Shown here: positions 28,820 to 38,928 of the stretch, in pieces
Numbering within the stretch: position 1 is the stretch's first letter
How the letters are laid out: each line of letters starts with the position of its first letter
Source: Clostridia bacterium
GTDB lineage: Bacteria; Bacillota; Clostridia; Saccharofermentanales; UBA5734
DNA length: 64,000 nt
Assembly: GCA_040776905.1 (NCBI GenBank)
Contig: JAXGZQ010000001.1
Coordinates: forward strand, 795,280-859,279
Direction: 5' to 3'
The notes under the pieces: generated by a model
The model's input: only the letters and a program-made list of their open reading frames with translations
The model's database searches: none
What the model was told of the DNA's origin: nothing
Translations under genes and position numbers: made by a program

Positions 28820-30184
28820 GTAGTGTCAAGGTTTATGCGCACTTTCAGTTCTCACTTGGCAGCTGGTGATCAGCCAGCGGTCAGATCGGCTGCAACCTCC
28901 ATCTCCAGTTCCATCGCATCGAGGTGTTTCATATTAAGATAAAGTTTTGTCCCCCAAAGCGAATCTTCCATATAGCGAAGCCTAGCACAAACCAGCATCA
29001 AGGCCGAGTTCGAGTCAGGAAAGGCACCAACCACCCGGGTTCTTCGTCGGATCTCACGGTTGAGCCGCTCAATGGCGTTGTTGCTGCGGATCTTCATCCA
29101 ATGCTCATGCGGGAAGCCCATATAGGTCAGCGTTTCAGCAATCGAGTTCTCAACCTTCTTCGCGGCTTCCTTCAGCTTCATTTCTCTGAGTTTAATGACG
29201 ACCGCCTTCGCTTTCTCCAGGGCTGCTGCCTTATCTTCCTGAGCGTGAATCGCCTTGAGCATCGCCGCCACATCCTTCATCTTGCTCCTGGGTACCACCG
29301 TGAACACATTGCGATAGAAATGGACGGTGCAGCGCTGGTATTGGCTTTGCGGGAAGACCGTGTTAATCGCGTCCAGAAGCCCCAGACACTTATCACCAAT
29401 AAACAATCGGGTGCCAGTCAGTCCTCGCTGTTTGAGACTGACCAGGAAGCTATGCCAACTTGCCTGATCTTCCTTCATGCCTTCAGCCGCTCCGATCACT
29501 TCACGCTGTCCATCTTCATTGACCGCCATCGCGACCAGAATCGCGACGTTTTCGTAGTTGCCACCCCAGTTTCGCTTCAGATAGATCCCATCCAGATAGA
29601 CATAGGGATAGGCCATCAACAGCTTGCGGTTACGCCATTCCTCAATCTTGGTATAGACTTTCTGGTTCAGCTTGCTGACGGTACCCGCACTGACCTTGGC
29701 TCCCCACAGCGCTTCGGTGATATCTTCCACTCGGCGGACAGAAACGCCGGCCAGATACATCTCGACAAGAGCTTCTTCCACGCTGATTTCCCGGCGCTGG
29801 TAACGCTGGATGATCGCCGTTTCAAACGGCAGAGACCGAAGCCTGGGGATCTTCAGTTGTACCTCACCGGATTTGGTCAACAGGCGTCTCCTGTAGCTGC
29901 CGGATCGCGTGTCCAGCCTTTTGTCTGTTCGTTCGTAGCGTGTCGCGTTAGTCAGGCGATCCGCTTCTTCATCGAGCAGCGTGTTCAGGGTATCCTCGAC
30001 GCTTTGACGGACCAGTTCTCCCAGTTCCTGCTTTATCGCACCTTCATTAAGCGTTATAATCTTCTCAGACATGGTTCGGTCTCCTTTGCTTGGCTTGATG
30101 TTTTGTTCGTACTTTACATTTTAACCAAGCGAGACCGGTCATGTCTTTTCTTTTTTCAAAGTGCGCAATTTATGATACGTCATC
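28820..30184 (-). mobile_element. IS256-family insertion sequence (about 1.37 kb) with 9-bp target-site duplication
   Basis: TCAACCTTG occurs at 28811-28819 and again at 30185-30193. The uninterrupted target sequence is present at 37649-37692. Both ends carry TGCGCACTTT 16-17 nt in, within imperfect terminal inverted repeats. There is a single transposase ORF. Confidence 0.85.
28870..30072 (-). CDS. IS256-family (Mutator-like) transposase
   Basis: 400 aa. ...RYERTDKRLDTRSGSYRRRLLTKSGEVQLKIPRLRSLPFETAIIQRYQRRE..., VEEALVEMYLAGVSVRRVEDI and ...CTVHFYRNV are typical of IS256 transposases. Confidence 0.9.
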   Translation of the reverse strand: MSEKIITLNEGAIKQELGELVRQSVEDTLNTLLDEEADRLTNATRYERTDKRLDTRSGSYRRRLLTKSGEVQLKIPRLRSLPFETAIIQRYQRREISVEEALVEMYLAGVSVRRVEDITEALWGAKVSAGTVSKLNQKVYTKIEEWRNRKLLMAYPYVYLDGIYLKRNWGGNYENVAILVAMAVNEDGQREVIGAAEGMKEDQASWHSFLVSLKQRGLTGTRLFIGDKCLGLLDAINTVFPQSQYQRCTVHFYRNVFTVVPRSKMKDVAAMLKAIHAQEDKAAALEKAKAVVIKLREMKLKEAAKKVENSIAETLTYMGFPHEHWMKIRSNNAIERLNREIRRRTRVVGAFPDSNSALMLVCARLRYMEDSLWGTKLYLNMKHLDAMELEMEVAADLTAG

Positions 30185-30215
30185 TCAACCTTGCTCAGCC
30201 ATCGGCCGCCTGTCC
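30185..30215. repeat. right half of DR-L (TSD copy plus 22 bp)
   Basis: TCAACCTTGCTCAGCCATCGGCCGCCTGTCC matches 37662-37692 with one mismatch (C at 30209 against G at 37686). Confidence 0.85.
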
Positions 30216-30247
30216 TGAATGATGCAATCATTATCCACCCAATAACA

Positions 30248-30298
30248 CAGATATAGAAAAACGGCGTATCCAGTTAATCACGCCGTTTTCTATATCTG
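30248..30298 (-). terminator. strong hairpin terminator of the low-GC ABC/two-component block
   Basis: CAGATATAGAAAAACGGCGT-atccagttaatc-ACGCCGTTTTCTATATCTG. It lies 35 nt downstream of the permease stop and is T-rich on the minus strand. Confidence 0.75.
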
Positions 30299-30333
30299 TA
30301 TGCAAGTTATACAAAGAATATAATATACTGATT

Positions 30334-31251
30334 TTAGCCTTTAACACCTCCAAGTGTTAATCCCTTTACGAAATATTTCTGCAGGAATGGATAGGAGAAC
30401 AAGATTGGAACTGTTGCAATGATAGTCATTGCGGCACGGATTGAATTAGGTGTTACCATTCCCTGCTGTGAAATACCCAGAGCATCCGCAGCATCGGCCG
30501 TGGCGCCAGTCATTGTGCGAGTTGATGAAAGCAACTTCTGCAACTCAAACTGAAGGGTGCTCAGTTTTGGTCGGCTGGAGCAATAAAGCATGGTATCAAA
30601 CCATGAGTTCCATTGAGTGACTGCAACAAAAAGAATAATCGTCGCAATAACTGGCAGGCTTAGAGGCATGATGATTTTAAACAAAACACGATACTCACTG
30701 GCACCATCAATTTTAGCTGCTTCAATCAGGCTGTCAGGCATTCCTTCGATGTAGCTTCGCATAATCATAACATTGTAAGCGCTCACCATAGTCGGCAGAA
30801 TGTAGACAAGAAAATTGTTGATTAAGCCTAACTGGCGCATCAACAGGTAGACAGGAATTATTCCACCGCTGAAGTACATCGTATAAACAAGAAATTTAGT
30901 CAGAAATTTACGAAGGACAAAATCTCTTCTTGATAGAGTATATGCAACCATCAGACAGGCAAACATACTAGTGACGGCCCCCGTGACAGCTCTGGCTGCC
31001 GAGATGAACAATGAGTTCGTTATATTTTTATTTTCAGTTAGAATAACCTCATAATTTCGTATAGAAAACTCACGGGGAACGAGATAAATGTGACCGCGAA
31101 TTGCATCAGTAGCGTCATTTAAAGATATCGCCATCGTGTTGATAAAAGGGTAAAGTGTCGCGACACAGAGGATCATCAACAAAATGTAGTTGACCGAATC
31201 GAAAACTACATCCTCTGTAGTCAGTTTTCGCATTTTTCTACCTGAAGCCAT
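30334..31251 (-). CDS. carbohydrate ABC transporter permease (LplC-like, second copy)
   Basis: ...EAAKIDGASEYRVLFKIIMP...YFVKGLTLGGVKG. It is a paralogue of 25680-26576 but the DNA is much more AT-rich. Confidence 0.85.
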   Translation of the reverse strand: MASGRKMRKLTTEDVVFDSVNYILLMILCVATLYPFINTMAISLNDATDAIRGHIYLVPREFSIRNYEVILTENKNITNSLFISAARAVTGAVTSMFACLMVAYTLSRRDFVLRKFLTKFLVYTMYFSGGIIPVYLLMRQLGLINNFLVYILPTMVSAYNVMIMRSYIEGMPDSLIEAAKIDGASEYRVLFKIIMPLSLPVIATIILFVAVTQWNSWFDTMLYCSSRPKLSTLQFELQKLLSSTRTMTGATADAADALGISQQGMVTPNSIRAAMTIIATVPILFSYPFLQKYFVKGLTLGGVKG

Positions 31252-31275
31252 AAAGCAATCTCCTTCTACAAATAT

Positions 31276-32211
31276 TTACAGAACACCTTCGCCATCGATC
31301 TTTTTAGATACTAAGTTCGCAACTGTAATCAAAATGAAGGCTACAGCAGAGTTAAAAATTCCAATCGCAGTTCCGTATGAATAACGAAAGTACTTAAGCG
31401 CATAATTGTATACATAGATTTCAAGTGTTGTCGCCACTTCATGAACAGAGGCATTGCCAAGCAAGAATAACTGTTCAAATCCGGCATTCATTAGCCAGCC
31501 TATGTTCAAAATCAGGAGAATTTTTATTGTTGGCATAATTGAAGGAATTGTAATGGCAAAAATTTTCCGCATTCTGCCTGCACCATCAATTGATGCAGAT
31601 TCATATAGCTCAGGATCGATCGCGGTCATCGCAGATAGATAGATGATCGCATTATATCCAACCGTTTTCCATACCGAAGATAAGGCGACAATCATATAGA
31701 AATAATTCTTGACGCCCATAAAAGGAATTGGAGAATCGGTAAGTTTCAGCGTCATTAGCACCTGATTAATAATTCCATCTTCAGGAGATAGAGACATATA
31801 GACAATATTTGCAGCAACAACCCATGAAACAAAATATGGTAGATATGAAATAGTCTGCACCGTCCGCTTAAATATCATATTTTTGACTTCATTCAGCATA
31901 ACTGCCAGTGTTATCGCAGAGAAGAAATTGAAAACCAGCCTTAGAGAACTGACAGCTAATGTATTTTTAAGGGCACGGTAAAAATTGTAGTCCTTGAATA
32001 ACTCCTTAAAGTTATCCAATCCGACCCATGGTGATTTCGCGAGACCGATACCTGGGTTATAGTTCATGAGGGCAAGAATCCAGCCCCAGATCGGTAGATA
32101 ATGGAAAACCAACACTAGAACCATAAATGGTATTGACAAAACCAATAGTTGGCGTTGTTGAAAAAGTTTGGCCCAAAAGCTCTTCTCTCTCGTCTTCATT
32201 AACTGTTCCAT
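31276..32211 (-). CDS. carbohydrate ABC transporter permease (LplB-like, second copy)
   Basis: ...YESASIDGAGRMRKIFAITIPS (EAA loop). About 6 TM helices. Confidence 0.85.
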   Translation of the reverse strand: MEQLMKTREKSFWAKLFQQRQLLVLSIPFMVLVLVFHYLPIWGWILALMNYNPGIGLAKSPWVGLDNFKELFKDYNFYRALKNTLAVSSLRLVFNFFSAITLAVMLNEVKNMIFKRTVQTISYLPYFVSWVVAANIVYMSLSPEDGIINQVLMTLKLTDSPIPFMGVKNYFYMIVALSSVWKTVGYNAIIYLSAMTAIDPELYESASIDGAGRMRKIFAITIPSIMPTIKILLILNIGWLMNAGFEQLFLLGNASVHEVATTLEIYVYNYALKYFRYSYGTAIGIFNSAVAFILITVANLVSKKIDGEGVL

Positions 32212-32293
32212 CAGTGCTGACTCCTTCTATTGAAAAGGAGAGCATGTCCGGAGACATGCTCTCCTCTCAAATGTATTATTATCTCAGATATGA

Positions 32294-34015
32294 TCAGTTG
32301 CCATCTTGATAATATTGAGCGCCTTCTTTTAGTTTTTCTGTCATTTCTGCTTCAAAGGCGGCCAAGTCAAGAGATGCCAGACGGCTCTGATACTCGTCCC
32401 ATACATTGGTGAAATCTGCTGTGTCAGCCATAATGACCTGCGGCAAATACTCAACGGCCAATTCAAGTGCCTGTTCTACAGCAATTTTACCGGAGAAATC
32501 AGCAGGCATTTTTGTTCTGATCGCCCAGCCTGGTTCATACCTTGCAGGATATGAGGGTTGATAAAAATCGTTAAATGTTTTGATGTTATATTTCGCAAGC
32601 AAATCTTTTTCGTAATCTTTATATCGGACATCCAGGTACTCATCCCACTGTGTCGGGGATACGGGGTGCCCATCAGAGAATACACCATAATCGGACTTAA
32701 CATCTTCACGACGTGGGAATTGATCAAACTGGTTAATCCCCTGATTTTTCTGATAGTCAAGATCGATGTAATTATTCCATTGATCTAGTGTTTTGCTTGG
32801 AACACCATCTTCCAATGAATAATCTTCGCCATCGATGCCCCATTTGCTGAGGCGGTTTATGTCCTCTGCTGCCATTCTATCAAGAAATTTGAAAGCAGCT
32901 TCCGGGTCCTCACACTTTGAGCTGATCGCAATTCCTGACTGAGTCGCAAATGCGCGCGGACCACGATAATATTCATTTTCCACACCTTCAAGAACAACCG
33001 GGAAAGCAACTAATGTGCGATCATAAAGTTCCTGTGCTTCAAGTGCATGGATCCCGTCGATAAACATGCTTCTCTGGTCATATACACCAGCAACACGGCC
33101 GGAACTGATTTTGGCTAGATACTGGTCATTAGTCTGCATGAACATTTCTTTATCAAGATATCCGCGATTCCACATATCATTGAGGAATTCAAGGAATGGC
33201 AGATTAAAATCCTGTGTCATGATTGTTTTCGCCTCGAGTGTCTCCTGATCAACACAGGATGGTCCATCGTTGGGGAAACCAGCCATGAATCTTGCAGCAC
33301 CATACTGAAGACCTGACATTCGCCAGCCTTCCGCCGGAAGTGTAAATCCTATTGTTGGATTTCCTTCATATTCAGGATTTTTCTCAATGTAATCAATCAG
33401 GATTTCTTTGTATTCATCAAATGTCTTGATGACCGGCCAATCAGCCTGTTCCAGTACGTCCGCAGCCAGATAGAAGCCAGCCGAAGGATAAAGCGAATCT
33501 TCACTCGCACGTGAACCGCTGATGTAATATGTCTTGCCATATTGCATTTTCAGCAGGCCAAGTTCTGAGGGTCTGTAAGCTTTCTTAATATTTTCTCCAT
33601 ATTGTTCCAGGTAATCATCAAGGGGAATTAAGGCATTTGCAGCGACATATTCGCCTGTTGCTTCACCGGGAACAATAAGGTCAGGATAATCGCCGGATGC
33701 GATCATGATTCCTGCTTTCTGGCGTGCATCTGTTCCTACCAGATATTCGGTTTGTAGTTTGACACCTGTCAGTTTTGTGATTTCTTCACCAACAGGTGTA
33801 TCCCATGGATCAACCATTGACGTCAAAGCATAATTAAAGAATGCGGTAAACGTCTTGACCTCTGCCGGATCTTCATCATCTTGCGAAGGTTTCGTTGTCT
33901 GCTCACCACCGCCGCCTTCTGTTCCGGGTGCTGTTGTTTCAGAACCAGCACAGCCTGCCAACAGCATGACAGCCATTGTGAGAACAATCAAAATAGAAAG
34001 GACTCGCTTCAGCAT
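32294..34015 (-). CDS. ABC transporter solute-binding lipoprotein (LplA-like, second copy)
   Basis: MLKRVLSILIVLTMAVMLLAGCAGS lipoprotein signal. 573 aa. Confidence 0.85.
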   Translation of the reverse strand: MLKRVLSILIVLTMAVMLLAGCAGSETTAPGTEGGGGEQTTKPSQDDEDPAEVKTFTAFFNYALTSMVDPWDTPVGEEITKLTGVKLQTEYLVGTDARQKAGIMIASGDYPDLIVPGEATGEYVAANALIPLDDYLEQYGENIKKAYRPSELGLLKMQYGKTYYISGSRASEDSLYPSAGFYLAADVLEQADWPVIKTFDEYKEILIDYIEKNPEYEGNPTIGFTLPAEGWRMSGLQYGAARFMAGFPNDGPSCVDQETLEAKTIMTQDFNLPFLEFLNDMWNRGYLDKEMFMQTNDQYLAKISSGRVAGVYDQRSMFIDGIHALEAQELYDRTLVAFPVVLEGVENEYYRGPRAFATQSGIAISSKCEDPEAAFKFLDRMAAEDINRLSKWGIDGEDYSLEDGVPSKTLDQWNNYIDLDYQKNQGINQFDQFPRREDVKSDYGVFSDGHPVSPTQWDEYLDVRYKDYEKDLLAKYNIKTFNDFYQPSYPARYEPGWAIRTKMPADFSGKIAVEQALELAVEYLPQVIMADTADFTNVWDEYQSRLASLDLAAFEAEMTEKLKEGAQYYQDGN

Positions 34016-34192
34016 GATTTCTCCTCCTTACCTTGTGTGAAGCAGTCAACCTGCTTCTACTATTATCATAGAAAACGCCGCACTAAAGGAAAAGGCGAAA
34101 AACTATAGATTCACGCTGAATTATTTAAGCATTTCAAACATTCAAAGGTCATCTTCACGAACTATTTTGTGCATATTAAACAACTACTGTCA

Positions 34193-35779
34193 TCATGAAT
34201 GTGTTTTTCGATATTGATGGGGTGTCATCTTCTCTTGTTTCTGAAATTTATTGCTAAAGTAATTATCATCTCGGTAACCAATCCTGATCGCGATTTCTGA
34301 TATACGAAGCTCTGAATTGAGCAATAGCTGTTTTGCCTTTTCTATTCTCAATTTGTGCAGATAATCATTAAAGTAAACGCCTAATTCTTTGCGGAATATC
34401 TGGCCGAGATAAACCGGATTTATATGGAAACGTTCAGCGATTGTCTTAAGTGTCAAATTGCTAGAATAATTACGGATAACGTAATCTTCCACCTGGCTGA
34501 CCAAGCTTGCAGAACTGTTTTCTTTGTTCTGCTTGACGTATTTTGCTGCGTTTTCACAAAAAATCAGTAGTCGTTGCCTAAATAATTGAAAATTCATCAC
34601 TTGGATGGATTCAGTGACCGAGGAAAGTTCAATGACCAAAACCTTTGAATCTGCATTGAATGTCTGAATAATTTTCAGAATCTCGTACGCGATGTAGTCC
34701 AACAAGATTCTGATTGTCTCAGGTGCCAATTTCAATCGATAAATTTCATGACATAAAACAGATACTTGATGCCCGGCAGTCTCAACATCACCTGATGCAA
34801 TCGTGTTAATCAAGTCGATGATACTTTTAGACTCCTGAATGTGATAAGTATAATTTGATTGGCTATGGTCATAACTTTGATCAATGTGATGGTTTGCGTA
34901 GAATTGTCGTTGTTCGAGAATTTTTGCGGCCTGCAGGTAACTTTTTCTTATCTGATCAAATGACGCTTCTACCGAACCAGAAGCGACAAAAATATGGTGG
35001 CCGGTCTGTAGTTCAAGTCGTTTTCTCGTCTGATCACTTAGTTGGTCGACACTCATCAGACACCGATCAATCAAATATTGATTGACCAGAAGGCCATATC
35101 GATTCGTTTGATCCTGAAATACATGTACGAGCCGAGACTCACCGATTATCTGAATAAACACTTGCCTGATCAGAGAGGCTAGTTCCGGTGATGTTAGTTC
35201 GGTCAATGGGCTATCATTCCCATGTGGTACTATGGCAAATAATAAAACCTGCAGTTTATCTTGTTCAACTATGTGAAGTTTTTCCATGATCTCAGAAGGT
35301 TTAATATTCAAAAATTCTCCATCTGCTATTTTTTTCAGATACTGTCCAATCAGATCCTCCTGTATGCGCATATGGGTATTTTTTTCCTGATTTATTTCCT
35401 GAATATCTTTATGGATACCAGATAACGCGTTCTGTAACTCCTCCTCGTCAATTGGTTTCAACAGGTAATAATTGACATGGTATCGCATAGCAATTCGAGC
35501 ATAAGAAAATTCACTAAATCCGCTCAGTATAATAAAATGGATAGTATTACCATACTTTTCCCGGCATATTCGAATGAAATCAAGACCATCCATACCTGGC
35601 ATTCTGATATCAGTTATCACCAAATGTGGATGATATACGTCTATTTTGCTGAGAGCTTCCTGTCCGTCCTCAGCCTCTGCGCATATTTCAAACCCGAATT
35701 GATCCCAATGGATCAATTTTTTGATTCCTTTTCGAATAAAAGGCTCATCATCAACAATCAAAACTTTATATTGATCCAT
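34193..35779 (-). CDS. response regulator with AraC-type HTH (YesN-like, second copy)
   Basis: The start is taken at MDQYKVLIVDDEPF with GAGGA 8 nt upstream. The ORF is open to 35839. C-terminal ...GYRDDNYFSNKFQKQEKMTPHQYR. Confidence 0.85.
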   Translation of the reverse strand: MDQYKVLIVDDEPFIRKGIKKLIHWDQFGFEICAEAEDGQEALSKIDVYHPHLVITDIRMPGMDGLDFIRICREKYGNTIHFIILSGFSEFSYARIAMRYHVNYYLLKPIDEEELQNALSGIHKDIQEINQEKNTHMRIQEDLIGQYLKKIADGEFLNIKPSEIMEKLHIVEQDKLQVLLFAIVPHGNDSPLTELTSPELASLIRQVFIQIIGESRLVHVFQDQTNRYGLLVNQYLIDRCLMSVDQLSDQTRKRLELQTGHHIFVASGSVEASFDQIRKSYLQAAKILEQRQFYANHHIDQSYDHSQSNYTYHIQESKSIIDLINTIASGDVETAGHQVSVLCHEIYRLKLAPETIRILLDYIAYEILKIIQTFNADSKVLVIELSSVTESIQVMNFQLFRQRLLIFCENAAKYVKQNKENSSASLVSQVEDYVIRNYSSNLTLKTIAERFHINPVYLGQIFRKELGVYFNDYLHKLRIEKAKQLLLNSELRISEIAIRIGYRDDNYFSNKFQKQEKMTPHQYRKTHS

Positions 35780-37547
35780 CTGCTGATTCCTCATCTGTGT
35801 TATCAACTGGTACCCTGATCTCAACTTTCGTTCCTTCATCTACTTTACTGCGGATATCAAAAAATAGATCATCACCATATAGAAGAAGAAGTCGGCGATA
35901 AGCATTTGAAATTCCAACCCTTACTGGATGACCCTGAACTTCGCGTATACTTTCAAGTAATTTGGCCAATTCTGATTCTTCTATGCCGATCCCATTGTCG
36001 ATAACTGCAATGGACATGAAATTGCGATCAATCTCAATCTTCACTGTAATATGCCCTTCTCTCTTAACCCCTTCAATGCCGTGTATACATGCATTTTCGA
36101 CAAACGGCTGTATGGCCATTTTGGGGATTCGGTATACCATTACTGAATCATCAGCAATAATATTGTAATTTATCTTATCATTGAATCGATATTGTTGAAT
36201 TTTCAGAAAATCTTCAATATAGCTGATCTCTTCTCGAATGGTGATGTATTCACTATCCCAGACCAAAGAGTGGCGGATAGACTTGGAAAGATACTTGATC
36301 ATCGTTGCCGTTTCATATTCATCTTTCATAATTGAACGCATGCGAATTGCTTCCAATGTATTAAACAAAAAATGCGGATTGATCTGAGTCTGCAGCGCAT
36401 TGATCTCAGCTTGCTTTCTAGCAAGGTCAAGATTCTTCTTCTGAATGTCGGCCTGATATACGTTATGTATCAACTCACGAATTCTGGTGGCCATACGATT
36501 GAATGCGTCAAACAACTTGCCGATTTCATCCTCACCCGAAGCATGATCAATTAGATCGAATTTTTGATGACGAATTCCCTCCATGTGGTGGGCAAGTAAA
36601 TGTAATCGAGATGTCAAAGACTTCGCGATGATCAAAATGATAGAAGTTGAAAACAAGATGTTTATAAAGGCCATAATCTTAATATATGAAACTGATTCAT
36701 CTCCCACATGATGAAGATTATCTTCCGAGAACAATCCAATGATCTTCCATCCCGCCATATTGTATGTATTAGGGAATTTATTCTGCAGTATAAATTGTGT
36801 TGCTTCATTATGTTCTTTGTATAATGCCCACTGATCAGGGAAAATACTATTGGATTCGGAATCAAAAACACGTTTATTATATCTGTCAATTAAATAAATT
36901 CGTCCATCCAGTCGTTCTTCATTAATTATTCGAGTAATAAAATGATAAGTCAGATCAATTTTTAGTATTTTTTCATATGATTGATCGACTCCAGGACGGT
37001 TCAAACCACGAATGATGCAGAAAATTGGTTCATTTCCTCGAAATGTTCGCTCAATGTAAGAGTAAACAAGAATTTCGTTATCATTTTTCTTCCAGGCTTT
37101 GTACCATTCAGAGTCAATGATATCTGAATCAATAACCTGAAAGCCCGATGAGTTGCTTATTGATGTATTGTCAGTGAATATCGTAACATTACTTATATTG
37201 GGATAAACATGAATATATCGGGTCAACGCATTCCCAAGATATTGACGAAATGCCGTATAAAGATCGGTTGTGCTGTCATAATGTTCATCCAGAGCATTAA
37301 TCAAGGATCGGTCAGTGTAAAGACTATGGGAAAGCGTGATGCTGTCCATGATAGTTTTGTTGATGTTATCCTCGATACGAGCGAGGGAATTATTAAGATG
37401 CTCTATTTCACGTTTATGAAGATCATGACTCACCATTGAATAAAATGCAATATTGGTTGTCAGAATCGGTAGTAATACACAAAAAACATAAAGAAGCAGC
37501 AACTTCTCCCGGACTCCAATGTCATCTAGTCTTTTTACTTTACGCAT
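35766..37547 (-). CDS. sensor histidine kinase (YesM-like, second copy)
   Basis: QINPHFLFNTLE H-box and DNGIGI ATPase motif. The start is taken at MRKVKRLDD, but TTG at 37601 is an alternative. Confidence 0.8.
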   Translation of the reverse strand: MRKVKRLDDIGVREKLLLLYVFCVLLPILTTNIAFYSMVSHDLHKREIEHLNNSLARIEDNINKTIMDSITLSHSLYTDRSLINALDEHYDSTTDLYTAFRQYLGNALTRYIHVYPNISNVTIFTDNTSISNSSGFQVIDSDIIDSEWYKAWKKNDNEILVYSYIERTFRGNEPIFCIIRGLNRPGVDQSYEKILKIDLTYHFITRIINEERLDGRIYLIDRYNKRVFDSESNSIFPDQWALYKEHNEATQFILQNKFPNTYNMAGWKIIGLFSEDNLHHVGDESVSYIKIMAFINILFSTSIILIIAKSLTSRLHLLAHHMEGIRHQKFDLIDHASGEDEIGKLFDAFNRMATRIRELIHNVYQADIQKKNLDLARKQAEINALQTQINPHFLFNTLEAIRMRSIMKDEYETATMIKYLSKSIRHSLVWDSEYITIREEISYIEDFLKIQQYRFNDKINYNIIADDSVMVYRIPKMAIQPFVENACIHGIEGVKREGHITVKIEIDRNFMSIAVIDNGIGIEESELAKLLESIREVQGHPVRVGISNAYRRLLLLYGDDLFFDIRSKVDEGTKVEIRVPVDNTDEESADGSI

Positions 37548-37648
37548 TTGGGTTGACCAGTCCTCTTTGTGTGAGCAGTTGACATCATAAACCTTAATCA
37601 ATCACTCTACTAATGCAAGTCTATCATAGTCTACCTGACAGAGTCCGG

Positions 37649-37692
37649 TCAGACATTTTCGTCAACCTTGCTCAGCCATCGGCCGGCTGTCC
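37649..37692. repeat. 44-bp direct repeat DR-R (intact copy)
   Basis: TCAGACATTTTCGTCAACCTTGCTCAGCCATCGGCCGGCTGTCC equals 28798-28819 plus 30194-30215, with 43 of 44 bases identical. Confidence 0.85.
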
Positions 37693-37719
37693 GATAGACG
37701 AGAATGCTTAGACTCATCC

Positions 37720-38928
37720 TCAGGCATCAACCGGTTCATTGGCCTGTTTCTTCTTTTGATGGACCAGCCAGATGCCGAGCAGCAACAGGATTGGAAAAAC
37801 AACAGCGGTCAGTATGCCAAACTTCAGACTGCCCGAGAATACACCGCTCATCAGGCCAACCAGGGTTGGTCCGGCTGCGCAGCCAACATCACCGGCCAGG
37901 GCAAGAAAAGCAAACATCATGGTGCCTCCGGCCGGCAGCCGGGCCGCGGACAGACTGAAGGTCCCGGGCCACATGATGCCGACAGCCAGTCCACAGATCG
38001 CACAGCCGATCAGACTGAGCACAGCACCCGGAGAAAGGGATATCAAAAAATAACTGACCAGACAAAGGACCGCGCTCAAGGCCATGAAACGTTCCAGCTT
38101 CAAGCGGGCGCCATAGCGCCCGTAATACAGGCGTGACAACCCCATCATAACGGCAAACATCATCGGACCGGCTAAATCCCCGATGGTTTTGTTGACACCG
38201 AGTCCCTGTTCCGCGAACGCGGATGCCCACTGGCTGACCGCTTGTTCACTGGCACCGGCGGCGATCATCAGCATCACAAGAATCCAGAACAGCCGGTTAC
38301 GCAACAGCTGGGTGAGGGAAAATCCCTTGAGATGGGAGCCGACCGGAGCCGCCAGCGGTACGCGGGCAAAAAAGAATGTGTTGAACAGCGGAACGATGGC
38401 CCAGAACAAGGCCAGCCACGGCCAGTTTTCAATACCCGCCAGAACAAAAAAAATCGTTGAGATCAAGACAACACCAACATGCCCCCAGCAATAAAATGAA
38501 TGGAGAAGGCTCATCGTTGATTCCTTGTGATCACTCGGACAGGCCTCGACAATAGGACTGACGAGGACTTCCAGCAATCCGCCGCCGGCAGCATAGATCA
38601 TGACCGACAACAGCAGTCCATGGAACGGGTTGGCAAACAGCCCCGGCAGGATAATAAGGCCGACCAGTCCGGCCGTCGCGAAAAGATGGGCCGCGACGAT
38701 CGAGACGCGATAGCCGATTTTATCAACAAAAAACGCCGCGAGAAAATCGACCAGCAGCTGAAAACCGAAATTGAGTGTCACCAGCAGCGTTATCTGCGTC
38801 AGCGGAATCTGATAGATTGATTGAAAGGTCAGGAATAACAGCGGAACGAAATTGTTGATCACTGCCTGAACGATGTAAGCCGTAAAACTGGCATAAATGG
38901 TGTGCTGATAGGTCAGACCTTTAGGCAT
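37720..38928 (-). CDS. MFS transporter
   Basis: 402 aa with about 12 TM helices and a typical MFS layout. The start overlaps the upstream gene by 8 nt. Confidence 0.75.
   Translation of the reverse strand: MPKGLTYQHTIYASFTAYIVQAVINNFVPLLFLTFQSIYQIPLTQITLLVTLNFGFQLLVDFLAAFFVDKIGYRVSIVAAHLFATAGLVGLIILPGLFANPFHGLLLSVMIYAAGGGLLEVLVSPIVEACPSDHKESTMSLLHSFYCWGHVGVVLISTIFFVLAGIENWPWLALFWAIVPLFNTFFFARVPLAAPVGSHLKGFSLTQLLRNRLFWILVMLMIAAGASEQAVSQWASAFAEQGLGVNKTIGDLAGPMMFAVMMGLSRLYYGRYGARLKLERFMALSAVLCLVSYFLISLSPGAVLSLIGCAICGLAVGIMWPGTFSLSAARLPAGGTMMFAFLALAGDVGCAAGPTLVGLMSGVFSGSLKFGILTAVVFPILLLLGIWLVHQKKKQANEPVDA

Noticed and set aside
28924-30222. A 432-aa ORF runs antisense across the whole IS256 transposase gene and could be read as a second IS-encoded protein.
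   Set aside because: It is in the codon-aligned antisense frame: 28924 minus 28870 is 54, a multiple of 3. In that frame stops arise only opposite sense TTA, CTA or TCA codons, which this gene rarely uses. The translation is low-complexity with no recognisable motif or RBS.
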